Below are positions 49,939-63,644 of a stretch of DNA of 64,000 nt, piece after piece; within the stretch, counting starts at the first letter, position 1, and each line of letters begins with the position of its first letter. The translations under genes were made by a program, and so were the position numbers. The notes below the pieces were generated by a model. That model searched no databases. It saw nothing but the letters and a program-made list of their open reading frames with translations, and had not been told where the DNA came from. Source of the DNA: Peribolospora baueri. Lineage: Eukaryota. The stretch lies in NCBI GenBank assembly GCA_029717555.1, contig JAMDHS010000022.1:124001-188000 (forward strand), written 5' to 3'.

Positions 49939-52900
49939 TCAGCCTCGTCCTCCAGTGGCACTCCCGTTTCCGGCGGCAGCACCTTGCTTTGAAGAGGCAG
50001 CAGCACCCCTTCTAGTTTGCGACGGCCTGCGAATGAAGCCGCCGCCGACACCTCTCTCACCGAGCCTCTTAAGCATCTCTGTCGCGCTTGTCATCCCGCT
50101 TGCAGCAGACATTGCCTCGCTACTTGCCACGCTACGGCTGTAGCTCGTTGGACTGCCCATCCCACTCGCCGCGTCGCTCTCTCGGCCCTTGACGCGTTTG
50201 GGCACTGTCCGGATCCACGCCGCTCCCAGGGCACCGGAGAACGACATTGACCGCGGTGCGGGACTTCCAACCGACGATGGTGGCACTCCGGGTGGTGAGC
50301 CTATTGACGGAGAAGACGGGCGTGGTGGGACGCCGTCCGCCGAAGAGGAGTCGACCGTGATTCCAGCGCCAGCTTGGGACGACATACGCGACACACTAGA
50401 CGCCGCATCGTCGTCGTGAAGATGGTGATAACGATGATGTTCGGTTGTGGTGCTGAGTGTCGGTTCGGCTTTAGACATCGCTCCAGAAAGGAGCACGGTG
50501 GAGCCCGTGATGGAAAGGCCACTTCTCGTGCGACTTGAATCGTTAGTATTGGCAGCCCGGCGAGCCGTCCGCGGCCGAGTACGAGGCGCTACCGGGATCG
50601 CCCTCGGTCTCTCAGTCGCGTCGGTAAGGGCAGAGGGTTCCGCGGCCGGAGTGGGCGATGTATTTCCCACAGCAGAGCTGGTTGATGACGTGTGCGGCTC
50701 AGCCGTCACTACTGGCGCCAATACAGCCAGCCTCCCTGCGGCCGGTAGCGACGTGGGTGACCGAGAGAATGGATCGGCGCTCTGCTCGATTGGAGCAAGG
50801 GAGCCCATCTCTGAAAAGTCGCGAGAAGTACGCCTTGCGCGCCGCCCGTCCTCGGTTGCAATTGCAGGGTCAAGCTGGAAGGGAAACGCGGTGGGAGCAG
50901 CAGACTGGCGCGGGCTGGAAGGCGAGCACACCGCCGACGTGGCAGGAGTGGCGAGTGGCTGTACGGCGGGAGGCGAGCTGGTGGCTTCATGGGCGAGCTC
51001 CTCCTCTCCAAACCTTCGTGCATCGCTCGCGTGTGACACGGCTTTGTGCTCCTCCACCTCCACCAACAGCTCGCTTCCTCTTCGCGTCTCGTTCGCAGCA
51101 TCTTGCCTAACCAACGGATATGTCTCGTCTCTCTTCGCCTCCGGCCTGGTACGCGTGGACGCTTTGCGATGCCTGTACATGGAAGAGGAAGATAGGGCCG
51201 GTGGCGTTGTCCACGGCTCTGTCGAGAGCAGATAGTACTTCACGCCCTCGCCAAGCTGGAAAGGGTTGCTATTTGGCACCCTCGAGTCGACAACGTGCTC
51301 GGCGATCTCCGATATCCGAGCGACAATCCACTCTTTGGTCTTGATCTGTTCGGCAATCTGCCCTGTGGCGTTCAGGAAGTAGTGAGGGAAGGAGATGTTG
51401 AAGGCTGCCCAAGGTCGGGCAGTGGAGTTTCGAGTCGGCAGGAAAAGGACGAGATCGCCCTTTTGGAAACTGTGGATGACGTTCAAACGAGGAAGGTGTC
51501 AGCACGATCATCAGCATCGTTGGAATGCCGCCGTAGAATACCCACGGCGTGGAATACGGGGCAAGATACTCACTTCCTGAACGCGATCTTCCCCGCCGCC
51601 TTCTCTTTCTCTCTCCCAACCTTCTCGCTGGCGCTCTTGTAAGCTTTCTGCCACTTCTTCACCAACGTCGTCAAACTCTCAACCTTGCCTTTCATCTCTT
51701 CCTCCAACTTGCCGTGGTCGAGGGCTTTACTGTGAGCGGCGGCGCGAAGCTCGTCGATTTCCCGACGACCCTCTCCTAGCTCGCGCTCAAGCGCACGGAC
51801 CTCCTCCTGCTTCTCTCTAAGACCCTCCTCGAGGATGGCTCGGTCCGAATCGGTCTCGGCGATGTGGTCGCGGATCAGCCGGTCCTTCTCCCGTTCGACC
51901 TCAGAAAGTGCCTTGCGAACCTCCCGTGCCTCCTCTCTCGCCTTTTCGAGCGCATCGCACAAGCTCTTCATCTCCTGTTCAGTCGACTGAGCCTCCCTGG
52001 CCGAACCGATCCTCTCCGCCATGAGCGTCTCCGTCTCCAGCCTCGCATCGTCTCGCTCTTTTCGTACGATGTCCAGCTCCTCTTCCAGCTCGTCCACGCT
52101 CTGTTCAAGCGCCAGCGCACGCTTGCTCTGAGCTTCCAACTCCTTCGCGCTCTCTGCTGCGTTGCGTCTCGTATCTTCGAGTTCACGTCGGAGTTCCTCC
52201 ATTTCCTTCCTGAGAGCGACTTCCGCGGCGGTTGAAGAGTCGGCCCGGCTCTTGAGGGCAGCGTTTTCAGCTTTGGCCCGCTCCAGGTCATCCTGCATCG
52301 CCTTAGAAGCGCGGGACTCCATGCTGGCCCTTTCCGTTTCTTGAGCCAGTTTGACCTCGAGCGTGGACCTCTCCTCCTCTCGTGCCTCGTGTTCGGTTCG
52401 CAAACGCTCCTCCGCTTCTATGAGAGCATGAGAGACATGGTCCAAATGGGCGCGCAAGTCTGCTACCTCTGCCGGAGAGACGAAGTCGGCGTTCCTACGC
52501 GATCCACCTTGCATTGATGTTGACGAGGACGTTGATGATGAGATTGACCTTGTCGCCACTGAATGAAAAGCGGGCAATCATCAGAGACCGAAAGGAACCA
52601 TCTAGAGATATCAGAGCGCACGGGCACAAAAAAAACGGAAAACGCTCACACCCTCCTGCAGCCGCTCTCTCAAAGTCTTTCTCCAACCTTTCGATAGTCT
52701 GGACCATATCCTGCACCTGGACCCGAACTTCCGCGATCGGACTCGGCGGCTCGGCGCGCATGATAGAACCCAACTGCTCAAGGCCTTTGGGGACGGTATC
52801 CTGACCATGACCGCCGCCTTTCGTTGACAGGAACTGATGAACGGAAGGTGGGAGCGTCTCGAGAGCTGGTGGCGAAGATGCGAGGAAAAGCTCTAGCGCG

Positions 52901-55779
52901 TCGAGCTCGGAGAAGAGAGCTGGAAGGATTGCAGCACAGGAGAGACTCGTGAGCAGAAACAAAACTCGAGGACGTGTGGTTTGCTTGACGACAGAAACCC
53001 ATCGGCCTACTCACCAGTGAGATCCTCCTTTCCTAGCTCAGGCGTCCTCTCCGCCCCTCCCTCGCCTCTTCCGGCTTTCGTAGAAATTTCCACGCCCATC
53101 GGCTCCTCGTCAAAGCCCTGCACGGTCCAAGGGAGCCGGCCCGCGACTTCGCGCTTGTAGGTTTGTCGACGCGTGCGTTCGGCAGAGACGAGCGTGGCGA
53201 GGAGCTCGGCGAGGTGGGAGGAACGGGTGAGGAGGAGACGAGCTGTAGGGACGAAGGGATAAGACGAAAGCATGAGATGGAGACAGCGAAGGCGTTCTCG
53301 TTCCATGAGAGAAAGAACATGAGACTCACAAAACTCTCTTCTTCGCACGACCTCGGCGACGGTAGCGGCATAGGCTCCAAGCATACACCGCAACCTCATC
53401 AGATGTTTGAAACCGTCCGATCTTCCCCGGAAGGCCAATCCTCCCGCTCTCGCAAAGCCCCGTCCGATTGGCCCATCGAAATTTGCGTCAGCGCCGCCGT
53501 GCAGCTCAATGTCAAACTCGCTGAGCATGGAAGACAGCTCGGCAAGGTCGGACTGGAGGGAGGAAATGTCGTGGAGGACGTGCAAAGAATGTAGGAGGAG
53601 GTAATTCTTGTCGTCCGTGAGACGCAGGACGGCTTCGCGAGCTTGAACATCGACGTTGTAAAGCTCTGTGGAGTGGATGGGTGGACGTCCCAAAACCTCG
53701 TGAGCTAGCGCCGACACCAGATCGTGGAATGGTGGATCGGTCTCATCATCCTCAGAGGAGATGGCCCGCTGGCACACTTACCCCCAGCCCAATTCTGCAT
53801 CTTCTCGGCATCCCTATGCCCGTGCTCGAGTAGCTCAACGATCTCCTTCGCTCTTTCCAAAGCAGCCGCCGCCTCTGCTAACGTTGCCGTGGAAGGGTCA
53901 ATGCTTGATAGGAAAGTGACGAAAATGTGTAAGCATTGCGCTCCATAGCCCGCAGACCGGTGGGTGAAAAAAGGAGTTATAAGAAACACAAACTGTTAAA
54001 GACAGCGACCGACAGATAGAGATACTCACTTCCCACCCTCGACTTCGGCGCGCAGGGTACGCGTGTCGGCCATGAGCTGCGCCGCCATTTGTTCTAAAGT
54101 GCCAAGGCGAGAGGTAAACTCGTCTGGTTGCATTGTATTGTCCGCCAAGGAGAGGGTGAGAAAAAAGGAAGAAAAGAAATGGGCCGGAATAACAGAGGGA
54201 GCAAGTATCAGGTTGGACGATCCGGGAATGAGCAGAAATGACCAGCAGCGAGACAGAGCAGACAACGTGGAACGGGCACGCACCAAAGACCTTGAGACAC
54301 TGGTTGGCGACGGCTTTCATCTTGAGCCTCGAAACGTAATCACCCAAGGACCTCTCCTTCCTCTCCCTCCTCTCGCTCGTCGGGCTACTGACGCCACCGC
54401 CCGCACCTGCAGCGGCAGCGCCGGTGGCAGCACTATCGGAAGCACCAGCGCTCGGGCCGCTCTCACCGGCAAGGTTGGCCGTCGCGCCCGTGCCGTTCGA
54501 ATCGAAAAATTTCGGGTTGACTCTGACGCGAGAGAGGACGTCGAGGTCTCGCTCGTACCCTGCGAGAAGAGAAGCCATGAGGCGCAGGTGCGGACGGGCA
54601 TAGCCTTCCTCTTGTTCCTTCTGGGTTTTCCCTTCCATTTCGGCTTCACCGATTTCTTCCCGCTCCTGCTCTTCGTCTCCGTTTCCTCGTTCGGAAGAAC
54701 CTGTCCTTTCACGTAACACCGCTGCCGCTTCTACGAATCGACCTTCAGCCTCGTGGTGCTGGGAGTTTGCTCCATCACCGCCTCTACTTCCATTCAAGCC
54801 TTCTTCTCCCTTTCCAGCTCTTGCGGTGTGAGAGGAAGACGAGTGGAGCTTGGGTTTCGGGATGGGACCTACAATCGCCTCCGTAGCGGCAAGTACGCCG
54901 TCAGCATGGCTGCTCAAATTCCTCGCGGCTGTCCTAGTAGAGCGTAATATGCCTTGCAAGTGAGAGTGAAGTGTTGTGGCAGAGCCGTAGTGGGATCTTA
55001 TGACGGATAGGACATGGCGAAGATGCTGTTGGTGATCGTGCTGCAACGGCGACGGCCGGGTGATAAGGCCAATGAGAAGGTCAAGGGAGGGTAAAGGTGG
55101 TTCTAAGAGAGGGGATTCAGCGAGCTCTTTCGCGATCGCTTCTGGATCAGAGTAAAGGAAGTCCCGGTTGAAAACGAAGAACTCCTAAGTGGTCCGTCGA
55201 AGACGAGAAGATGGTGCCAAGGGCCAGAGTGCTAAAGTTAGCAGACAGGTGGAACAACGAAACAAGGCATAAAGCAGACTCACGAGCTCCTGACCCGACT
55301 CCGTCAGGCCGCCTTGCATGATGAGAGCGTCGACGACGTCCTCCCTAAGCTGTGCTCCTCCAGAAGTCATCACGATCATTGAGTCGGATGGAATGCCCGT
55401 AGCGAGCGAGAAGCAGTCAAGAAGAGCATTGAGGCTGCACATTAAGAGAAAAATAGAGTAGAAATGCCCAGAAGGTAGGTCAATCAAGAGAAGCGGCGAT
55501 GAACACAAACGAGGTCAGGCAAGGAAGGCTGTTGAACAAAAGATGCTCGAGGAGACCGCCACTTACGTATCAAAGTGCGTGAGAGGTTGAGAGACGTCAA
55601 GGGAGAGACCATCGTGGGCGCGATACTGAAGATCGGAGCCACGATTAATATAAAATGCGGTCAGGTCCGTCCCTGAGCAGAGCTCTCCCTTGTTTCCCCC
55701 CAAGACGGAAAGCTTTTTGGAGACAGTAACCGGAGAGGGGCGAGGGGGGCGAATGGGGGACCCTACTCACGATCTTCAT
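49939..55779 (-). CDS. ATG11: Selective-autophagy scaffold Atg11 (multi-exon; 9-nt first coding exon 55771-55779)
   Basis: N-terminus MKI|YRAHDG..FFVFNRDFL. Atg17-like region YAATVAEVVRRREF, long coiled coil, and Claw KIAFRNFQKGDLVLFLPTRN..PWAAFNISFPHYFL..EWIVARI..NPFQLGEGVKYY. Confidence 0.93.
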
Positions 55780-56335
55780 CTTGTGCCACCACTGTCCCCT
55801 CCGAGTGCGCTACCTGGCAAGCTGGCTGCTCAGGAGGCTCGGAGGACGAGGCAAAGACTTGAAGGCGAGCCGAATCGAGATGGATGTTCGACGGTGGATT
55901 GGTCGATCCCTCTGGGGCACACGGTGCCACCCCAGCGGCGCGTGTCACGTGCGCCGATCACAATGACGATCTGAGACGCTAGCGACGACCATCCCTCTTT
56001 CGCCTGCTTCAATCTCCTTGCTTTTGACATCTAACAACTTCCTGGGTCATCTAGCAACGCATTAAATTCCAAGACACGCAGAAAATGTCTATCAATGCCG
56101 ACCAGGATGGTTCAAAAGGGAGCTTCTTTTGTCCACCTTGGCCAACTGAGCGGACGTAAGTCGCCGACCTAAGGCGTGGCCAGTGCTCACAAGCTGACGC
56201 CGCAGCAATGCCGCAGCTTTTGGCCCAAGCCGCTGATCTCCGCTCGCGGCCCAGCAGGCCTTCTTCCAACGCGAGTTGTGCACAGACAGATCGACCGTAC
56301 GACGACGAGGACGGTGACGAGGAAGGACGGTCAGG

Positions 56336-59300
56336 ATGAAGTCCAATTTTAAGGTAGGCCGAGCATGCATTTTTTTACATCCTTGTCCTGCTCGTGTACC
56401 CTGCTTGGTTGCGCTTCCTGACATGATTTGCTCCTTCCTTGTCCGCCACCCCTACCGGGTCTCCTCGAACATTCTCAGTTCTCCAACCTGTGCGGGACGG
56501 TGTACCGACAGGGAAATGTTATCTTTACTCCAGATGGAAACTCGGTGTTGTCACCGGTAGGCAACAGGGTGTCCGTGTTTGACTTGGTCAAGTGAGTCTG
56601 ATCTTGTCGAAGAAGGGCGAATGGTTCCGAGGGGAGGCTCGTGGATTTCGCTTCACCACTTCGTCTCTGACTACCTCTCCTCCATCCATTTTTCTTGCCC
56701 TTTCATCTCTGGCAGTAACAAATCATTTACGTTCCCATTTGAGAACCGTAAGAACATCGCTCGCATTGCCCTCAGCCCGGACTCAAACCTGTTACTGAGC
56801 GTGGACGAAGGTGAGTCGGCCAGCTTACTCTGGCTACTGATGCTATGAATGAGATTCGGAAAGAAAATCAACTAATCGACGCTATGCTGCTCTTACACTT
56901 TTCTTGTATGTTGATACCCTTTTCACCTACAGAGGGCCATGCTCTTCTCTCACACTTCCACCGGCACGTCGTCCTCCACCACTTCAATTTTAAAAAGCCA
57001 GTACGAGACATTCAGTTCTCCCCGGACGGCCGATATATTGCAGCGACGCACGGTGCTCAAGTGCAAGTGTGGAAGACGCCTTCAAGCGCTGTGCGGGAGT
57101 TTTCGCCGTTTGTTTTGCACAGGACGTATACGGGGCATTTTGATGATGTGTTGAGCGTGACCTGGAGTAAGGACGGCCGGTGAGTGTGTGAGCGGTCGAG
57201 GACTGGGAGACAAGGGCTCGGACTATGATCGCAGAAGTTCTGAGCCAAACATACCTCTAACCCTATGTCTTCGGTCTTCATAGGTTTTTCATGACCACCT
57301 CCAAAGATATGACCGGTCGCCTCTTCAGCCTCGATCCCGTCCCCGGTTTCAGGCCGAAAACGTTCGGAGGCCATCGCGACCATGTTCTTGGAGCGTGGTT
57401 CTCCGACGATGGGCGAACGGTAAGCAGCACATCTAGCAGCACACCTAGTTCGATGGACCATCAACCATCCTGCGTATTGGTCAACGCGCGCTCAAACATT
57501 TTCTTGTCGCTCATCACTCCCGGATCAGATTTACACGGTCAGCCGGGACGGTGCGGCCTTTGTCTGGAAGGCCAAAGCTGACGATGACGCCGACTCGGAG
57601 CAAGAAGACGATGACGACGAGGACAGTGTGCGCCGCGTCATGGTCTCTAAAAAGGGCAGCACCTCCTCGGCACCCAACAACACGATCGCCTATACGCGGT
57701 GGGGCGTGCATTCGAAACACTATTTCCAGCAGCCGGACGCCAAGGTTGTCTGTGCGACCTTCCATGCTGCTTCCTCCCTCCTTATTGTCGGCTTCTCTTC
57801 TGGCATCTTCGGTTTGTGGGAGATGCCTTCATTCACCAACGTGCACACGCTCTCCATCTCCCAAGACAAGATCACCTCCGTAGCAGTCAACGCATCGGGC
57901 GAGTGGCTCGCCTTCGGTGCGCGCAAGCTTGGTCAGCTGCTCGTGTGGGAGTGGCAGTCGGAGTCGTACGTGCTTAAACAGCAGGGCCATTTCTTCGACA
58001 TGAACTGTCTCGCCTTCTCATCCGACGGCCAGACGGTCGCGACGGGCGGTGACGACGGAAAGGTGAAGGTTTGGAACACGACTTCCGGTTTCTGCTTTAT
58101 CACCTTCTCCGAACACACCTCTTCAATCAGCGCGCTCGAATTTGCCAAACAGGGCTCCGTGCTCTTCTCGGCCTCGCTCGACGGTACAGTGCGCGCGTTC
58201 GATCTGGTCCGGTACCGCAATTTCCGCACCTTCACCTCTCCGTCTCCCGTGCAGTTCTCGAGCCTGGCCGTGGATCCGTCCGGAGAGGTGGTGTGCGCAG
58301 GGAGCATCGACACGTTTGAGATCTTCCTCTGGAGCGTACAGACGGGCAAGCTGCTTGACATCCTTGCGGGACACGAAGGTCCCGTCGCCAGCCTCGCCTT
58401 CTCGCCTACGGGCAGCGAGGTGGCGAGCGCGAGCTGGGATAGGACGGTGCGGCTCTGGGAAGTGTTCGGTCGGAGCCGGCACGTTGAGCCCTTCCAACTC
58501 AACTCGGACGGTCTCGCCGTGGCGTTCCGACCCGACGGGAAGGAAGTGGCTGCGAGCACGTTGGACGGCCAAATCGGGTTCTGGGACGTGAGCACGGGCA
58601 ACCAGAAGGCGGTCATCGAGGGCCGGAAAGACGTGGCTGGTGGGCGAAAGGCCGAGGACAAGATCATCGCTGCGAACAACTCTTCGGGCAAAAGCTTCAA
58701 CTCGCTTTGCTACTCGGCCGATGGAAAGTGCGTGCTCGCGGGAGGGAACAGCAAGTATGTGGTGCTGTATGACGCGAGGGAGGGAGTGATGGTGAAAAAG
58801 TTCCAGATCAGCCAGAACCTCAGCTTGGACGGGACGCGGGAGTTTCTCGATTCTCGCAAAGTCACGGACGCCGGCGTTACGGTTGAATTAATCGACGATC
58901 AAGGAGACGAGAGTGACCTCGAGGACCGCATGGACGACACCTTGCCGGGCGCAAAAGGGGGCAACCTGAGCCGTCGGAGATGGCTCCAGGAAGCTCGGAC
59001 GAAGTGTGTGCGGTTCAGCCCGACGGGGAGGAGCTGGGCGGCGGCGAGCACGGAGGGACTGTTGGTCTATAGCTTGGACGAGTCACTTGTCTTCGATCCC
59101 TTCGACCTCGACATCGACATCACGCCGCAGAGCACGCTGGCGACACTTGAGCGCAGGGAGTACCTTCAGGCGCTCGTCATGTCTCTGCGGCTCAACGAGG
59201 CCGCGCTCATCTCACGATGCTACGAGGGCGTACCCCCTTCGGATATCCCCCTGCTCGCGTCCCAGCTGCCCACCGTCTACCTCGAGCCCATGCTCCGCCT

Positions 59301-59667
59301 TGTCGCCACGCACATGGAGAAGAGTCCGCACGTCGAGTTCCACCTGCGCTGGGTGGGAGCCCTGCTGACGAGCCACGGAAAGATGCTGAGGGAGCGATCA
59401 GGGGAGTATGCGAGCATTTTCAGGATCATCCAGAGGAGCGTGACCGATTTTCAGACCAACATCGCCCGATTGTGAGTCGAGTCGGCGGTCTGTTCGTTCG
59501 TCATGTCGAGCTCCTTTGTCTTCCCTTACCTGGCCAACTGTGATATGGCTGATTCGCCTCGCTTCCTTTCCACCGTCTTTCGGCTCCACAGATGTGACGA
59601 CAATCGCTTCTCTCTCCTCTACCTCTGGAACGGCATGCAAGCGACGGCCGAAAGTGACTTGGCGTGA
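56336..59667 (+). CDS. PWP2: WD40 SSU processome (UTP-B) subunit Pwp2/Utp1; exons 56336-56353, 56479-56591, 56716-56810, 56933-57179, 57284-57419, 57529-59471, 59592-59667
   Basis: MKSNFK|FSNLCGTVYRQGN, KLGQLLVWEWQSESYVLKQQGH, RAFDLVRYRNFRTFT, FDPFDLDIDITP and a Utp12-type C-terminal domain. Confidence 0.98.
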
Positions 59668-60009
59668 TTAGATTTCGCACGTACATGTACTTGTGCTTCC
59701 GAATCAGAGACGCTGCCTGTATACTGTATACAGCGTGGGCAGCAATGAAATGTGTGCCAAACGGAGGCCGTCACCGTCTAGTGGGCCTGTTTTGTGACGT
59801 TTTCCAAGGAAGCGTCGGAAGCCTGCTGGTCGCGCACGTGATGAAACAAGGACCACCATCGCGCAGGGGCCACCCACGGACTTGGCGGTCATGAAATTCA
59901 TCCACCCAGCTTCGTACCGTACCCTCTTCCGCCTCGCCCTCTCATCCCTCCGCCTCCTCGTCTCATTACCCTCTTTTCCTTCGTCTGTCCCCTTCGTGGA
60001 GGCTCCCCA

Positions 60010-61768
60010 ATGTCGCTCCTTTCCCACCTGGCCACCCTCCCCGTACCACCTCTCCTCACCCCCTCGACTTCCGTCCTCGCCTCCTCCCTCTTCACCATTT
60101 CCTATGTCGCCAGCCTCTACCTTTTTCCAGCCACCCGCATAGACGGCGTACGAGTAGGTGAAGACGGACAGCAGCTTACACGGGACTCGCCTCTGGTCAT
60201 TCGTGCCAGGGTCAAGGCGGCTTGTGTCAGCTCCGTCGTCTGTGCCGGCGGCGTTTGGGCCTGCTTCTGGGCCAAGGGGTCGTTTCAGGGTCTCGTGAGT
60301 GGTCGGTGGGCAGCGGAAGCCTTGTCTCTTGTCTTCATTGGATTTTCTCATCTTCATCTCACACTCCGCACCGCTCCTTGACCGCCGCAGTCTCTGCCAC
60401 AGCAACTCCTCACGACCTTGCAGCTCCTCGGCCTTCCCCTTCCCTTTACTCTATCCCCTTCCTTTGCTCTCACCGCATCGATCGGCGCCCTCCTCCGCAA
60501 CTTGCTCGCGACCTGCTTCGTCCCACTCGGTCTCACGGTAACGCTCTATCTCGGCCCTCTGTACGTCTCCTTCCTCGAGGGTACCTTACCAGGTCAGAGG
60601 AGGTTGGAATGGCGGGAGACGGTCAGGGAGATGTTTGGAAGCTTGGTAGGCCGGAGGAATTACATTTTTGTGAGTTACCCTCGGATATTTTTTGGAAGGG
60701 GGGGCAAAGACCACCTTCTCTCCGTGCAATACTTTCCTCTCCACCGTCTGCCCGCTCACGGCCGAACCCGCTCCACGACAGGGCCCTCTCACGGAGGAGG
60801 TCGTATTTCGCGCCTGCATCGTGGCCGTGACGCATTATGCGGGTGTGGGCCATGTCAAGACCGTATTCCTCACGCCTCTTTACTTCGGTATCGGTGCGTG
60901 GAAGGCCCTGACCTTTTCTTGACACGCGGCATGCCGCTGACTTTGGCTACGTGCTTGCGTCCGCTGGTGGCAGCTCATGCCCACCACGCCTGGGAGACCT
61001 ATGTGCGATCAGGCCGGACTCGCGAGGGCCTCGTGCGCGGTCTCGTCTCTTCCGGTGAGTTTAGTCGTATCCTACACCAAGCAGCGCTTCATCCTCACGT
61101 GTGCATGAACGGCAAAAGGAAGAACGAGCGGGGGAACTCATGCCGTCAGCGCTTCTCCCCGTCTTCGACCCCATCTTTCCTTTCGCTCGTGGACTGACGT
61201 CGACAGGTTTCCATTTCAGCTACACCACACTATTCGGGTGGTATGCCGCCTTCTTGTTCATGCGCACGGGTGAGTTGTACGGAGCGATTACCATCTCATG
61301 ATCCGTGATCCGGCGAGGGGAAGCATGCCTTACAAGTCGTACCACCACGTCCCCTCTCCACTTCCCTCTCGCCCCCAATACTCGTCCGCCCAACCCGCCG
61401 CCGGTGGTCTCCTTGCTTTCTTCGCATGCATCTGCCCCGCAAAGGAACCCTCCTCGCCCCATTCCTCTCCCACTCCTTCTGCAATCTCATGGGTCTCCCC
61501 GACCTCGGCGGCGCGGAGCTGATGTTCCCGAAGCAGAAAAAAGGTGTGTCCACCTCCTCCGTCCGTCCGACGCGAGCATCATCCGGCCCATAACAGACGC
61601 TCTTCGCTCTTTGCTCTTCCTCCCTTTCCTTTGTCTGCATTTCCGCTCCGCAACCCGTCGTTCGCAGTCATCCAAGCAGCGTACGTCCTGGGCATCCTCC
61701 TGTTCGCGAGGCTGCTCGCGCCGGCGACGTCTCCGGCTCTGTTCGGGGGGAGCGTGTATTGGCGGTGA
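60010..61768 (+). CDS. RCE1: CAAX prenyl protease 2 (Rce1, CPBP/Abi family), 7 exons
   Basis: Motifs RNYIF|GPLTEEVVFRACI, PLYFGI|AHAHH, FSYTTLFGWYAAFLFMRT|GTLLAPFLSHSFCNLMGLP (EExxxR, FxxxH, HxxxN). Confidence 0.94.
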
Positions 61769-62231
61769 AGCGAGGAGTGTGTTCAACACTTCGCCAACCG
61801 GCCCTTCCTCGTCGGAGACGAGGAATGAAAACGGAAGGAAAGGAAGGCGAGAGGGCAGGGTTGTCGGTCCTGTGCTCGGAAATGCCTATATACCCATGAA
61901 TGGCGGCTGGTTGTCCCGCTTGGATGCCACTCAGACCCACGGTGCTTTCTCTGTCAGTCTATCTGGGAAAAAAAAAAGACATGTTCGTTCGCGGCGCGTA
62001 GGTGCTTCCTCCTGGCCCTTCCTGCTCAGCGCTTTTGGCGCGGGATGGCTATAAATACAAGGGTGAGGGTTCGTGCGCCTAGGGCACTGATGGTGGGAGA
62101 AGGGGGAGGACTGTGTTGAGAAGGTGGGAAAGAAGAGAAAGAAGAGGAAGGGATAAGGGAAAGGTGCGGGCTCACCGGAAGGGAAAGCGAAGCTGGGTCG
62201 GCGGGGACCGTGCAGACGCATCGGGGGTCGG

Positions 62232-62600
62232 TCACCCTTGGCGCTGCAGAGGACGAAGGCCGCGTTAGCTTAGCAAAGATGGAGGGTATTGATGCCGGCA
62301 CCGATCGCACGCACGCACCTGCTTGTGCTTGGGATCCTTAGAGCAGATGACGTACAGCCTGCCCTTCCTCCTGACGACCGAACAGCCGTCGCAAAACTTC
62401 TTCACCGCGCTGCGCACCTTCATCCCCCTCGTGATGGTCAGCGGACCTGCTACGGGCTTTGATCGTGCGGTGGGGAGGGGGGAAGGGAGAGACGGGAGGG
62501 CGGGGTGGGCGTGTGAGAGGAGGGAGGGGGTCCGGAGGGTGGAGAGCCGGGAGGTGGTGGAGAGGAGCGGGCGGAGCGAGTTGGCGAGGTAGGCGCGCAT
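62232..62600 (-). CDS. RTC6: Mitochondrial ribosomal protein bL36m with presequence; exons 62600-62319, 62243-62232
   Basis: [40 protein letters not shown]-stop is the Zn-binding L36 signature. Arg/Leu/Ser-rich N-terminal extension. Confidence 0.95.
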
Positions 62601-63141
62601 GGCGGGCGGGCGGTCGAGGAGACGAGACGGAGGGACGGGTGAGTGGGCCGAGGTTCGCTTGGTCGTGCGGCGCTTCGTTTGCTTTGGGTTGGTACTTTTG
62701 CTTTTCTCGCTGCTTGTCGTCGTCGTTGTCGTCGTCGTCGCCGACTTGCAAGATCGTTCGTCTCGCCGGCCTCCGCCGTTTCCGGTCGGTCGACCTGGTC
62801 CTCTTCTCGGTCGGCGAGAGCGGGAGTCGCCGCAGCAAGGCATTCTTCCCACGGCTGCCGCGCGGCTCTCGTGGCAGGCACGCCGGCCAGGATGGCTGGC
62901 TGGCTGGCGTGGCTGTCGGTGCTGCGGCAGCCGATCTGATCCTCCTCGCTCTCCTCGTCTCTCCTCGTCATCCTCCATCCGAGCCGACGCCATTCTTGCT
63001 TGACATCCTCCCCCATCATGACTATGCTTCCCTTCTGAACGCTCTACCCCTCCGTCCTACGTCACTGCCTCTGATCGTGAGTGAGTTGAACCTGGCTCCT
63101 CTTTCCCGCGGCGCGAGCGGCGGCGTGCGTCGCGACACCAC

Positions 63142-63196
63142 CCGTCCTGGTCTTCCGTCCTGGTCTTCCGTCCTGGTCTTCCGTCCTGGTCTTCCG
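63142..63196. repeat. 13-bp minisatellite CCGTCCTGGTCTT x4
   Basis: Four perfect copies at 63142, 63155, 63168 and 63181. Confidence 0.95.
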
Positions 63197-63644
63197 ACTG
63201 CCAGCCAACCTGGCCGTCAGACCCCGCTCGCTGTCGGCGTTTTTTGATCGTCGTCCGCTCTTCGAGGCGTGGATCGGCGAGATGGTCGTTGGTAACGCTG
63301 TCGCCGTCGCCGTCGCCGTCACCTTCGTCGCGATCGTCACTGACTCGCCATGGCCTCTTCCTCTTTCCTTCCCCGCTTAGGACTACGTTGACCACGCCTA
63401 GCCCAGCAACCCCAGCCAAGCCCCGCGGCCGCCTCGCATCTGCTCTCCACCCGACCGACCAACCCTGGTCTCGCCTCGTCGCCCGGAAGAACATGCTGGC
63501 CCGGCCCTTCATCGACTCCTACACGTCTCCCACACCTTCTTCTTCTTTTTCTTCTTCCTCGCACGCCGCAACAGGACACTCACGCTCCGTCCTCGCCCTC
63601 GCCCTCGCCTTGCCCCCGTCACCACCCGCCCTCGCACGACCCAT

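Noticed and set aside
60010..61768. Abi/CPBP domain as a defence or bacteriocin-immunity gene
   Set aside because: Intron-containing with the eukaryotic Rce1-specific motifs (YTTLFGWY, HSFCNLMGLP), so it is the ordinary CAAX protease.
63142..63196. Regular repeats as a possible CRISPR array (also 3415-3917)
   Set aside because: Head-to-tail repeats without unique spacers, no cas genes, eukaryotic context.
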